Virus record (IMG/VR): IMGVR_UViG_3300027996_000008
Strand: one strand, 5' to 3'
DNA: 64,000 nt
DNA from: a virus
Below are positions 19,711 through 29,043 of this stretch, piece by piece. A program made the translations under genes and the position numbers. Under the pieces are notes generated by a model. That model was not told where the DNA came from and ran no database searches. It was given only the letters and a program-made list of their open reading frames with translations. Position 1 is the first letter of the stretch, and the number at the start of each line of letters is the position of its first letter.

Positions 19711-20163
19711 ATGAAAATAATAAATGAAGATAAGATGATCAGAGAATTTTTCAAAGGAGGAAGAATGGAAAATCAAGTTTTAAAATTAAAATTAGACAAA
19801 GGTGTAAAGATACCTGAATATCAGACAGAAGGTGCAAGTGGGTTTGATATTGCTGCAAATGAAACTGTCATAATTCCAAAAGGAAAAAGGAAAATCATAT
19901 CCACTGGAATAAGGTGTCAAATTCCAAAAGGTTATGAAATTCAAATAAGACCAAGAAGTGGACTTGCTGCAAGGGAAGGTTTGACTGTTCTTAATGCACC
20001 AGGCACTATAGATGAAAATAATAATAATGAAATAAAGATCATCCTATACAATACATCAGATTATTCTTTTCGTGTTAAGAAGGGCATGAGAATCGCTCAG
20101 GGAGTGCTTCAATATGTGCCCAAAGCAGACATTGTTGTTGTTGAAAATTTAAAAGAAATATAA
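19711..20163 (+). CDS. dut: dUTPase-like protein with degenerate motif 3 and no motif 5
   Basis: SGFDI, RPRSG, MRIAQ present; GTIDENNNNE replaces G-ID-DY-GE; ends before the Gly-rich motif 5. Confidence 0.8.
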   Translation: MKIINEDKMIREFFKGGRMENQVLKLKLDKGVKIPEYQTEGASGFDIAANETVIIPKGKRKIISTGIRCQIPKGYEIQIRPRSGLAAREGLTVLNAPGTIDENNNNEIKIILYNTSDYSFRVKKGMRIAQGVLQYVPKADIVVVENLKEI

Positions 20164-20173
20164 GGAGATTTAA

Positions 20174-21211
20174 ATGATTAAACTTACTTGTTTACAATGT
20201 GGAAAAACATTTGAAATATATCCTAGTAGATTTAAGAAAGGAGAAGCAAAATATTGTTCTAGAAAATGTTCTGATATTTCAAAAAAATTATCAGATAACG
20301 TAAAATGTTCAATATGTGGAAAAACATTTCATGTTAAACCTCATAGATTAAACAGATTAAAAGATAAAGAAAAAATATGTTGTTCTAAAGAATGTGCATA
20401 TGAGCTTAAAAAGACTGAATTTCTAGGTGAAAAAAATCATCAATATGGATTAAAAGGAGAATTAAATTCAACATATAAGGGTGATTTATCTTTAACTAAT
20501 TACGGATATTTAGATTTGAGATGTTTAACACATCCATTTAAAAATAGTAGTAACAAAATTTTTTTACATAGAATAATAATGGAAGAACATTTAAGAGCAA
20601 ATTATCCAGATTCTGAATATTTAATTGGTGTAAAAGATTTTGACGAATTATTTTTAGATCCTTCTGTTGTTATTCATCATAAAGATCTAAATAAATTAAA
20701 TAATACAATTGAAAACTTAGAAATTATGTCATTGGGTGATCATACTTCATTACATGTAAAAGACATGAAAATGAAAAGAGATGAAAAGGGAAGATATAAA
20801 AAAATTAAAGGAAAACAAAAAGGTTCTAAATTATATAAAAGACATATATTTGATGCTGGGTTAGATATAAAATCAAATGAAGAAATTATAATTGAACCAA
20901 ATGCTAGAAAATTATTATCAACAGATTTATATATAAAAATTCCAAATGAATATGTTGGCATAATATGGTCCAGAAGTGGATTATCAGTAAAACACGGAAT
21001 TCAAGTTGGTGCAGGGTGTATAGATTCAACGTACACAGGGGAAGTTAAAATTCTTTTATATAATTTTGGAGATAAACCATTTAAAGTTAATGTTGGTGAT
21101 AGAATAGCACAGTTATTAACAATTCCAATAAATATAGAAAATTATGAATATGTAAAAGAACTTGATGAAACCGATCGTGGAGAAAATGGTTTTGGGTCGA
21201 CTGGTGTTTGA
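20174..21211 (+). CDS. dut: HNH endonuclease - trimeric dUTPase fusion
   Basis: N-terminal Cys4 fingers, HHKD-NK-NN-IENL--M----H HNH, then AGLD, SRSG, GCIDSTYTGE, DRIAQL, RGENGFGSTG. Confidence 0.88.
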   Translation: MIKLTCLQCGKTFEIYPSRFKKGEAKYCSRKCSDISKKLSDNVKCSICGKTFHVKPHRLNRLKDKEKICCSKECAYELKKTEFLGEKNHQYGLKGELNSTYKGDLSLTNYGYLDLRCLTHPFKNSSNKIFLHRIIMEEHLRANYPDSEYLIGVKDFDELFLDPSVVIHHKDLNKLNNTIENLEIMSLGDHTSLHVKDMKMKRDEKGRYKKIKGKQKGSKLYKRHIFDAGLDIKSNEEIIIEPNARKLLSTDLYIKIPNEYVGIIWSRSGLSVKHGIQVGAGCIDSTYTGEVKILLYNFGDKPFKVNVGDRIAQLLTIPINIENYEYVKELDETDRGENGFGSTGV

Positions 21212-21214
21212 TTT

Positions 21215-21445
21215 ATGAAAACAAAAACTGATATTGCTAAAGAACATTTTAAAAATAAAGAATATAAAAAATCTTTAAAAATATTTAAAACATTTAATAG
21301 AATTTTTAACAAAGAAGAATTAGATATTCTTAATAGAGCATATGAATGTTTTAGTTTTAGTAGTTTTTATAAACAATTAAATTTTGATTGTGAAAAAATT
21401 ATAGAATCAGCCAAGGAATTAATAATTAAAAAATATGGTGTTTAA
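21215..21445 (+). CDS. Hypothetical helical (TPR-like) protein
   Basis: Operon packing. Confidence 0.55.
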   Translation: MKTKTDIAKEHFKNKEYKKSLKIFKTFNRIFNKEELDILNRAYECFSFSSFYKQLNFDCEKIIESAKELIIKKYGV

Positions 21446-22489
21446 ATGTGCTATGAAAAAATAAAAATTATAGAATATAAAGGAAAAACTTTTAAAACAA
21501 AAACATGGTGTGAAATAACAGAGAAAGAACGTATTAATTTAAAAGAAGAATATTTTAAGAAACCAGATATTAAAGAAGTTGTCGAAGAATTAGAATATAT
21601 TTCAAGTGGAACAATTAAAGTTTCAAATATTAAAAAATATTTTTTTAGAGACATACAATCAAAGGTTGTTGTTCATAGTGCAAAATGGTCTATTGAAGAT
21701 GTTTTTGAAAGTAATGATATTTTGGGTCATTTTATTAAACAAGTTGAAAAATTAAAAGGATATTTTGAAGAAAATGAAAGTATATCTAATAAAATGGATA
21801 CAGTTTTTAGACTTGCTGGTATAGGTGTTGCAAAAAAACCAACAAATTTTCCAATAAGTCAAGTTAGAAAAATTTTATATGAATATAACATAAACAACAA
21901 TTATTATGATTATTCATGTGGTTGGGGTGATAGATTACTTGGTTCATTATCATGTAATATAAATTATTTTGGAACAGATCCAAATTATCTTTTAACACCT
22001 AGATTAAAAGAACTAGGACAATTATTTTTAGAAACAAATTATCATAAAAACGCAACATTTGATGTTAAATGTCAAGGTAGTGAATTATTTATTCCAGAAT
22101 ATGAAGATAAAATGGGAGTTGCTTTTTCTAGTCCTCCTTATTTTTTACTAGAGGATTATAAGATAGGTAAACAAAGTTGTAATGAGAATACAAATTATGA
22201 AGATTGGTTAAATGATTACTGGAAAAATACTGTTATTAATATTGAAAAATATTTAATAAACGAAGGAACTCTATTGGTTAATATTAAACCATATAAAAAA
22301 TATGATCTTTATAATGACACAATGAAAATATGTATAGACAATGGATTTTATTTATATGATGAGATAGATATGAAAAATATTTCAAGAAAAAAATCAGGAT
22401 CAAAGGAATTAGTTGAAAATGATGAAAAAATAATGGTTTTAAAGAAAAATAGTAATTGCATTGAAAAAAATGATTTTGAATGGTTTTGA
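21446..22489 (+). CDS. DNA amino-methyltransferase (motif I before motif IV)
   Basis: YDYSCGWGDRLLG (SAM-binding) and FSSPPY (catalytic). Confidence 0.85.
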   Translation: MCYEKIKIIEYKGKTFKTKTWCEITEKERINLKEEYFKKPDIKEVVEELEYISSGTIKVSNIKKYFFRDIQSKVVVHSAKWSIEDVFESNDILGHFIKQVEKLKGYFEENESISNKMDTVFRLAGIGVAKKPTNFPISQVRKILYEYNINNNYYDYSCGWGDRLLGSLSCNINYFGTDPNYLLTPRLKELGQLFLETNYHKNATFDVKCQGSELFIPEYEDKMGVAFSSPPYFLLEDYKIGKQSCNENTNYEDWLNDYWKNTVINIEKYLINEGTLLVNIKPYKKYDLYNDTMKICIDNGFYLYDEIDMKNISRKKSGSKELVENDEKIMVLKKNSNCIEKNDFEWF

Positions 22490-22532
22490 AAATTATAAAT
22501 AAACAAATATAAAACAATAAAAGAGAAATAAA

Positions 22533-22784
22533 ATGAATGAAACAATGACAACAAGTGGAATTGCAACGTATGATGTAACCCAAAAATCTGAACCTGATTC
22601 AGAACATTATAAAAAGAAATGTTTTGATATGAATAAAAATGAATTTTCAAAGTTGATAAAAAGAAATTGCATTCCAGATAGAATTCAAAAATATATGGCA
22701 AATTTTAGAAACTCCGATATATATGTAAATTACAATAAAGTGAAAATAAATTTAAAGAAATTGCTAGGAGGTAATAAAAAATGA
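22533..22784 (+). CDS. Hypothetical late protein
   Basis: TATAAATA at 22494. Confidence 0.6.
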   Translation: MNETMTTSGIATYDVTQKSEPDSEHYKKKCFDMNKNEFSKLIKRNCIPDRIQKYMANFRNSDIYVNYNKVKINLKKLLGGNKK

Positions 22785-23284
22785 AGAAAATGTATGTTTT
22801 CATAGGAAGAAATGAAGGAAAACCAATTACAATATCATTTAACAGAAACAAAACATTGACATTAAAGTTTGGAGATATTGTTAAATTGGAAGATAGTGAA
22901 TATACAGCTTATTCACAATTTTTTGCACCAAAGATTAAAGAAAAAGTTGAAGAAGTAGATATAAATGTTGTTCTTGATGATTCACTTAATGATATTTCTA
23001 TTTCACAAGTTATTAAAGTTGATGAAGAAGTTGAAGAAGAAAAAGAAATTGAAGTAGAATTTTATGATACAATACAAGTTGTCGAAGCAGATGGAACAAT
23101 TTCAGAGGAAATTGAAATAGAACCTATAATTCCTGTTGAAAATGCTACAGAAGATAATAAATACAAAGAAGCAGACTTGTACGAATTGAAAAACAAAGAA
23201 TTGAAAAAGATATGCAAGACGTTGAAAGTTGATGACAAAGGCAATAAGAAACAACTGGTTGAAAGAATATTAGAGAATATATAA
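22781..23284 (+). CDS. Acidic protein with C-terminal SAP/Rho-N-like DNA-binding module
   Basis: LYELKNKELKKICKTLKVDDKGNKKQLVERIL. Confidence 0.65.
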   Translation: MKKMYVFIGRNEGKPITISFNRNKTLTLKFGDIVKLEDSEYTAYSQFFAPKIKEKVEEVDINVVLDDSLNDISISQVIKVDEEVEEEKEIEVEFYDTIQVVEADGTISEEIEIEPIIPVENATEDNKYKEADLYELKNKELKKICKTLKVDDKGNKKQLVERILENI

Positions 23285-23325
23285 ATAAAGATGGTAATTA
23301 CTAATTAAAATTTTTGGAGAAAAAA

Positions 23326-24201
23326 ATGAAAAAAAGTTACACAACACTTATTGATTGTACGCTGGATTTATATTCAGGCATAACAAAATTTATTGCTGAT
23401 GGTGTTTCAGTTGATTTAGATGAAGACTATGGTTCAGATCTAGTGGATGCTGGTATTTTAGTTGCAAACACTGATTGGACAAAACCTGTTAATGCTCTGT
23501 CTTTAGCATCTACAGCAGGAGACACCGCGTATGATTTCGATATGGATGGTTTTACAGGAGAAAAACTTCTTAAGATAGATGCAACTACAACTGGTGAAGA
23601 TCTACCAACGGGAAGTACTATTGTAATCAAAGTTCAGAATGCAGCTGGAACAACTGACTATGAAACAATCACTCTTGCAGTCGGAGCAATCACTGCGGCT
23701 GCTACAACAACTTTCTACATCAAACCACAAGCACTTTTAAAAACACTTGGAACAAGATTGAATTTTTCTGGCACTATAAAAGATCCTGCAAGCGGAACGG
23801 GAATCACCACTATCACTGTTACTTTAATTGATGAAGTGGTAGCAGACGCTGTTATATGGACAATTGGCGCTGAAGGATCTGATAAAATTAATGTAGGAAT
23901 GCAACTTCTTGATTCTGCTGGTGATGCACTAGTTAATTCTGCTGGTATTGTAGAATTTTATATTTCTAGCGATAACAGAGGAATTGTTCCTGTTGCTACA
24001 AGCGATAGTTTAGCTATAGGAACTGCTGGTGATATTCTTGCAGTATTAGAAGCAAAACAAACACTTTTACTTGTTAGTGAGCTTGATGGAACCGTGGATG
24101 TGGATGTGGAAGAAGCCACAGGTGGACCAACTGTTTACGCTGTTGTTAAATTTGATGATGGTAGAAAAGTTGTTTCTCCACCAATAACATTTACTGCTTA
24201 A
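23326..24201 (+). CDS. Putative virion structural/decoration protein
   Basis: Late promoter at 23280; Thr/Ala/Gly/Val/Asp-rich beta-type composition; followed by a terminator. Confidence 0.5.
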   Translation: MKKSYTTLIDCTLDLYSGITKFIADGVSVDLDEDYGSDLVDAGILVANTDWTKPVNALSLASTAGDTAYDFDMDGFTGEKLLKIDATTTGEDLPTGSTIVIKVQNAAGTTDYETITLAVGAITAAATTTFYIKPQALLKTLGTRLNFSGTIKDPASGTGITTITVTLIDEVVADAVIWTIGAEGSDKINVGMQLLDSAGDALVNSAGIVEFYISSDNRGIVPVATSDSLAIGTAGDILAVLEAKQTLLLVSELDGTVDVDVEEATGGPTVYAVVKFDDGRKVVSPPITFTA

Positions 24202-24230
24202 TTAATACCCAACTCTCAACTCTCCGATAT

Positions 24231-24260
24231 AAGGCGTCCTTCTTGGGCGCCTTTTTTGTT
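24231..24260 (+). terminator. Rho-independent terminator
   Basis: aaggcgtcc-ttctt-gggcgcctt followed by a T-run. Confidence 0.88.
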
Positions 24261-24277
24261 TCTATATGTTTTTATAA

Positions 24278-24346
24278 ATAAATAATAGAAAGGGTGTTGA
24301 ATGAACTGGAATTCATTCAACTTTGTGTTACGGAGTGACACACCCT
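24278..24346 (+). ncRNA. Putative structured leader (three-way junction), copy B
   Basis: First 21 nt identical to copy A; compensatory changes in the stems; overlaps late promoter TATAAATA. Confidence 0.6.
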
Positions 24347-24376
24347 ATAAGTTATATATATTATACGGAGATCAAG

Positions 24377-24532
24377 ATGAAAAGTCAAGAATTATTAGAA
24401 AAAATAATTAAAAAAGAAATTTGTGTAATTTATAAAATTACTAATTTGGTTAATAATAAAGTTTATATAGGAAGCAGTATTAGAGCATATAAACGAATGA
24501 AAAATAATCATATTAGAAATTTAATCATTTGA
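24377..24532 (+). pseudogene. Truncated GIY-YIG homing endonuclease (51 aa)
   Basis: VIYKITNLVNNKVYIGSS..KR then a stop; catalytic Glu/Asn region absent. Confidence 0.8.
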
Positions 24533-24556
24533 ACAGCAAACAACAGGAGCACACAC

Positions 24557-25147
24557 TTGAAAGTCATTCTAAACAACATATCTAACACATGGACAAGTAT
24601 TCTTTCAGCAGCAAGAAACACAGTTAATAAATCACCACTTGATAAAGAACCATCTAAAAAATTCAAACTAAATCTATTGATTGCAGAACATTCACCAATT
24701 AGGAAATTAAAAATAGACTGGACGTGGAAAGGTTTGAAAAGTTGGATTGCAACACATTTCAGCAGACATTCAATTGGGACAATTCATTTCATATCCACAC
24801 AAAGAAATGATAGAACAAACAACAACAGAGACAAATCACCACAAGACACACCAGTTAACCACAATTGTGAGGCAAACGCACAAGCAATCATCAACATATC
24901 TAGAAAACGGTTATGTAATCAATCACACAAAGAGACTAGAGAAGCATGGAAATCACTTCTAGAAACATTCAAAGAAGAAGAACCAGAACTATATCTTGTT
25001 TGTGTGCCTGAATGTGTGTATAGGTTTGGATGTCCAGAAATGAACAATTGTGGATTTTTCAATCAATTCAGAAATGAATATAAAGACTATGATCTGAGTG
25101 ATATCAAAAAAAGATATGAAAAGTTCTTGACTTATAGAAAAAAATAA
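24557..25147 (+). CDS. thyX: Flavin-dependent thymidylate synthase-like protein
   Basis: AEHSPIR, HFSRH, STQR-DR, -RKRLC, VPECVYR pattern. Confidence 0.72.
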   Translation: MKVILNNISNTWTSILSAARNTVNKSPLDKEPSKKFKLNLLIAEHSPIRKLKIDWTWKGLKSWIATHFSRHSIGTIHFISTQRNDRTNNNRDKSPQDTPVNHNCEANAQAIINISRKRLCNQSHKETREAWKSLLETFKEEEPELYLVCVPECVYRFGCPEMNNCGFFNQFRNEYKDYDLSDIKKRYEKFLTYRKK

Positions 25148-25189
25148 GTATAATATAGATAGTTTTTATTTTATTCATAAGGAGGTATT

Positions 25190-26119
25190 ATGAAAGTTAT
25201 TGATCAAAAAATTACAGAAAATTATTCTATTTACAATGGTGATTCTTGTAAAATTTTACAAGGTATTCCAGACAATTCAATTGATTATATTGTTTATAGT
25301 CCACCATTCTTTGATTTATTTAATTATACAGATTCAATACATGATATATCTAATTCATTGAATGATTTAGATTTTCTTACACATTATGATTATATTATTA
25401 AAGAAACAGAAAGAATATTAAAACCTGGTAGACTTATTTCAATTCATTGTATGGATACACCATATTCAAAATCAAAACACGGATTTATGGGATTAAGAGA
25501 TTTTCCTGGAGAAATAATAAGAATGCATCAAAAATATGATATGATTTATCATTCACGTCATTGTATATGGAAAGATCCATTAATTGAGGCTGTTAGAACA
25601 AAAGCAATAGGACTTGCTCATAAACAAATAGTAAAAGATTCAAGTGTTTGTAGATCTGGATTACCTGATTATATAATCACAATGAAAAAAAGAGGAGATA
25701 ATGAAAACTTTGTATCACATAAAGATGGATTTTGTAATTTAGAATATCCAGGAAGTAATCCTCCAGAATTTGATAAAGATGATATAAAATATTCTCATAA
25801 TTTTTGGAGAAGATTAGCTAGCCCAGTTTGGATGGATGTTAGACAAACAAAAACATTAAATTATAGAGCAGAAAAAGGAGAAGGAGACACAAAACACATG
25901 TGTCCAACACAGCTTGATTCTATTCATAGATGTTTAATGTTATATTCAAATCCTGGAGATGTTGTTTTGAGTCCATTTGGTGGTGTTGGAACTGAACCTT
26001 ATTGTGCTTTAAATTTAGAAAGAAAAGCAATAGCAATTGAATTAAAAAAAGAATATTTTGAACAAATGAAATTAAATCTTTCTAAATTTGATGATACAGA
26101 TGAATTTACTTTTATTTAA
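25190..26119 (+). CDS. DNA N4/N6 methyltransferase (beta-type motif order)
   Basis: YSPPF (motif IV) and VVLSPFGGVGT (motif I). Confidence 0.88.
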   Translation: MKVIDQKITENYSIYNGDSCKILQGIPDNSIDYIVYSPPFFDLFNYTDSIHDISNSLNDLDFLTHYDYIIKETERILKPGRLISIHCMDTPYSKSKHGFMGLRDFPGEIIRMHQKYDMIYHSRHCIWKDPLIEAVRTKAIGLAHKQIVKDSSVCRSGLPDYIITMKKRGDNENFVSHKDGFCNLEYPGSNPPEFDKDDIKYSHNFWRRLASPVWMDVRQTKTLNYRAEKGEGDTKHMCPTQLDSIHRCLMLYSNPGDVVLSPFGGVGTEPYCALNLERKAIAIELKKEYFEQMKLNLSKFDDTDEFTFI

Positions 26120-26128
26120 GGAGTTAAA

Positions 26129-27523
26129 ATGAATAATAATTATAATGATTTCATAAAAAGTAAAATAATAAAATTTGAATATACTGGATTTGATATTGAA
26201 TTAGATGATATAAATCCTGTTTTGTTTGATTTTCAAAAAAGCATTATTAAATGGGCAATTAGAAATGGTAAAAGTGCTGTTTTTGCATCAACAGGATTAG
26301 GCAAAACTTTAATTCAGTTAGAAATAGCAAATATAATAAACAAAACAAAGAATGTGAATGTTATTATATTCGCACCTCTTGCTGTATCTGAACAAACTAT
26401 TAGAGAAGCTAAAGAAAAATTAAATTTAAATATTAATAATCTTAGATATGGATTTAAAGAAGGAATTAACATTATAAATTATGAACAAATTGAAAATGTT
26501 GAAGTTGATAAATTTGATTGCATTATTTTGGACGAATCATCAATTTTAAAAAATTTTACAGGAAAATATAGAAATTTGATTATTGAAAAATTTAAAAAAT
26601 ATTCGTATAAATTCTGTTTTACTGCAACACCATCTCCTAATGATTATATGGAACTTGGAAATCATTCTGAATTTTTAGATGTATTACAATATAAACATAT
26701 GTTATCAACATTCTTTTTTAATGATGCTGGAGATACTAAAAAATGGTTAATAAAACCACATGCACAAGATAAATTTTGGGAGTGGGTTGCAACATGGGGA
26801 TGTGTTTTAACACACCCAAAAGAATTAGGATTTGAAGATGATAGATATGATTTACCAGAATTAGAAATAAATGAAATAATAGTTGATTCTGATGATTTAA
26901 GAATTGATATTTTTACAGGTGAATATATATTAGACAATTCATCAAAAACATTATCAGAAAGAAGAAATGCAAGAAAATCAACAATTGATATAAGAACTGA
27001 TTATACTGCTGATTTAGTGAATAAATCTAGTGATTATTGGCTTGTTTGGTGTGACTTAAATGACGAATCAAAAACATTATCTAATAAAATTATAGATTCA
27101 GTTGAAATAAAGGGATCTGACAAAAATAAACATAAAGTTGAATCAATGCTAGGATTTCAGAAAGAAAAAATAAAATGTTTAGTTACTAAACCAAAAATAG
27201 CAGGTTTTGGTATGAACTGGCAGCATTGTAATAATATAGTGTTTACTGGTTTATCAGATTCTTTTGAACAAATATATCAAGCAATAAGAAGGTGTTGGAG
27301 ATTTGGACAACAAAGAAAAGTTAATGTTTATTTTGTGATATCACACAAAGAAGGCACAGTTTTAAAAAATATAAAAAGAAAAGAAAAACAAGCAAATGAA
27401 ATGATTAAAAAAATGGTAGGAATGACAAATAAATATATGAAAAAAAATATATTAGAAAATAAAGAAGATAATTCAGAAGATCATCTTTATACATATGATA
27501 TGATTTTACCAGATTTTATTTAG
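26129..27523 (+). CDS. SF2 (SNF2/Res-like) helicase
   Basis: STGLGKT, LDESS, TATP, GMNWQ, QAIRRCWRFGQ. Confidence 0.9.
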   Translation: MNNNYNDFIKSKIIKFEYTGFDIELDDINPVLFDFQKSIIKWAIRNGKSAVFASTGLGKTLIQLEIANIINKTKNVNVIIFAPLAVSEQTIREAKEKLNLNINNLRYGFKEGINIINYEQIENVEVDKFDCIILDESSILKNFTGKYRNLIIEKFKKYSYKFCFTATPSPNDYMELGNHSEFLDVLQYKHMLSTFFFNDAGDTKKWLIKPHAQDKFWEWVATWGCVLTHPKELGFEDDRYDLPELEINEIIVDSDDLRIDIFTGEYILDNSSKTLSERRNARKSTIDIRTDYTADLVNKSSDYWLVWCDLNDESKTLSNKIIDSVEIKGSDKNKHKVESMLGFQKEKIKCLVTKPKIAGFGMNWQHCNNIVFTGLSDSFEQIYQAIRRCWRFGQQRKVNVYFVISHKEGTVLKNIKRKEKQANEMIKKMVGMTNKYMKKNILENKEDNSEDHLYTYDMILPDFI

Positions 27524-27532
27524 GAGGCAAGC

Positions 27533-28072
27533 ATGAAAATAATAGCATATATTGGCGTAATTGGATCGGGTAAGGACTATCAAGCCAATGAGATGAAAAA
27601 ACATCTAGAATCGAAAGATAGGACTGTTAAAACAATCAAATTTGCAGATGCATTGCGTGAAATGATTTGGTTGTTAATTGGATGGACACCAAAAACGGAA
27701 GAGGAGTATGAAAAATTCAAAAAATCAACATTTTCTTTTTTTGGTGGTGAATTTTCTGGACGTGAAATTTTAATCAGACTTGGAACAGATATAATGAGAA
27801 ATTATGATAAAAATGTCTGGGTGAATAAAATGATGTTAAAAATTAATTCATCAACTGAGGATTATATTTTGATAACTGATTGTAGATTTACAAACGAGGT
27901 AAATTGTTTAATTGATTGTGGTGCTAAATTTATATTTTGTAATTATAAATCAGAGCGATATGAATTAAAAAATCACAGTTCAGAAGCATTTGCTCAAAAA
28001 TGTATTCCATTTTTTAAAGATTGTGAAATAATGGAAAATGAATCAATCAAAACTATTCTAAACACCATCTAA
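27533..28072 (+). CDS. Deoxynucleoside monophosphate kinase (T4 gp1-like)
   Basis: G-IGSGKD, FAD-LR, RE-L---GT---R, -TDCRF-NE. Confidence 0.85.
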   Translation: MKIIAYIGVIGSGKDYQANEMKKHLESKDRTVKTIKFADALREMIWLLIGWTPKTEEEYEKFKKSTFSFFGGEFSGREILIRLGTDIMRNYDKNVWVNKMMLKINSSTEDYILITDCRFTNEVNCLIDCGAKFIFCNYKSERYELKNHSSEAFAQKCIPFFKDCEIMENESIKTILNTI

Positions 28073-28244
28073 AAACGTCATATTATCGTTCTGAGAAACA
28101 AAAACACTTTTTTAATGTCTATGTAAGGGTTTAATGTGAAAGTTGCTCTATGGCGTCACAAAGAAAAACAAAATAATCCTTGACTTTTCTAAAAAAATAA
28201 ATTATAATTAAATTGTAGGTTGTTTTAAAATTTAGGAGGTTATC

Positions 28245-28553
28245 ATGAAAGAAAGAAATACATCAAACATTCCAGAAGAATTCGAAATTGGAAAATCTGT
28301 TTATCTTCGTGCAAATATAGAAGATATAGCAGACGGAAAATTTACTAACAGAACATTAGCAAAACGATTGGTTTTTGGTCATGTCAATTTTTACAATGGT
28401 GATAAAATGGTTGTGAGATTGATTTTAGAACCAGTTGATAAAAAACCTTCTGTAACACCTTATAAATTTGAGGATGTTATGACTGAAAAAGAAGCAAAAG
28501 AATTCTTGGAAAAAGAATTCAAAAAATCAATGAAAGATATATTTGGAGGTTGA
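28245..28553 (+). CDS. Hypothetical protein
   Basis: Early promoter at 28180-28207, GGAGG SD. Confidence 0.65.
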   Translation: MKERNTSNIPEEFEIGKSVYLRANIEDIADGKFTNRTLAKRLVFGHVNFYNGDKMVVRLILEPVDKKPSVTPYKFEDVMTEKEAKEFLEKEFKKSMKDIFGG

Positions 28554-29043
28554 TTTGAAAAAATATTTTTTTGATGTTGATGGAGTTATTCGTGATTTTG
28601 TCAAAGGACTTGGAGTTGACAATATACAAACTTGGAAACTTCCAAAAGAAGCATGGGACAAAATGAAAATTGATCCTAAGAAATATTTGTATGATTGTCC
28701 ATCATTTCCAGATGTTATTGCAGATATCAACAGAATTGGTTTGAAACACATAACCTTTCTAACAAACCAATGTGGAAAGCCTGACAGAGAATATTGGACA
28801 AAGATGTTTCTTGATAGGATTTTCTTTCTCAACAATGATATCATTTTCACAAAGAATTTTGAAGAAAAAGTTGATTTGTTGAAAAACAATTCTGATATGA
28901 TTCTAATAGATGATTATCCTTATTTTTTTGAAAAGGAAGGATTTGAAGAAATCAAAGATAGATTATATCTTGTGAAAAGATCTTATAATAAGCATGTTAG
29001 GAAGTTTTATGATCATTTTTATAAAATTGGAGAATTTAAGTGA
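28543..29043 (+). CDS. HAD-family 5'(3')-deoxyribonucleotidase-like protein
   Basis: FFDVDGV, FLT, K, LIDD motifs. Confidence 0.8.
   Translation: MEVDLKKYFFDVDGVIRDFVKGLGVDNIQTWKLPKEAWDKMKIDPKKYLYDCPSFPDVIADINRIGLKHITFLTNQCGKPDREYWTKMFLDRIFFLNNDIIFTKNFEEKVDLLKNNSDMILIDDYPYFFEKEGFEEIKDRLYLVKRSYNKHVRKFYDHFYKIGEFK

Noticed and set aside
19711-21211. Group I intron or intein splitting one dUTPase
   Set aside because: The downstream domain already has motifs 1-5, and no intein splice motifs or intron core were seen
25190-27523. DISARM or type III restriction-modification system
   Set aside because: No DrmA/B/C-like partners and no nuclease domain visible on the helicase
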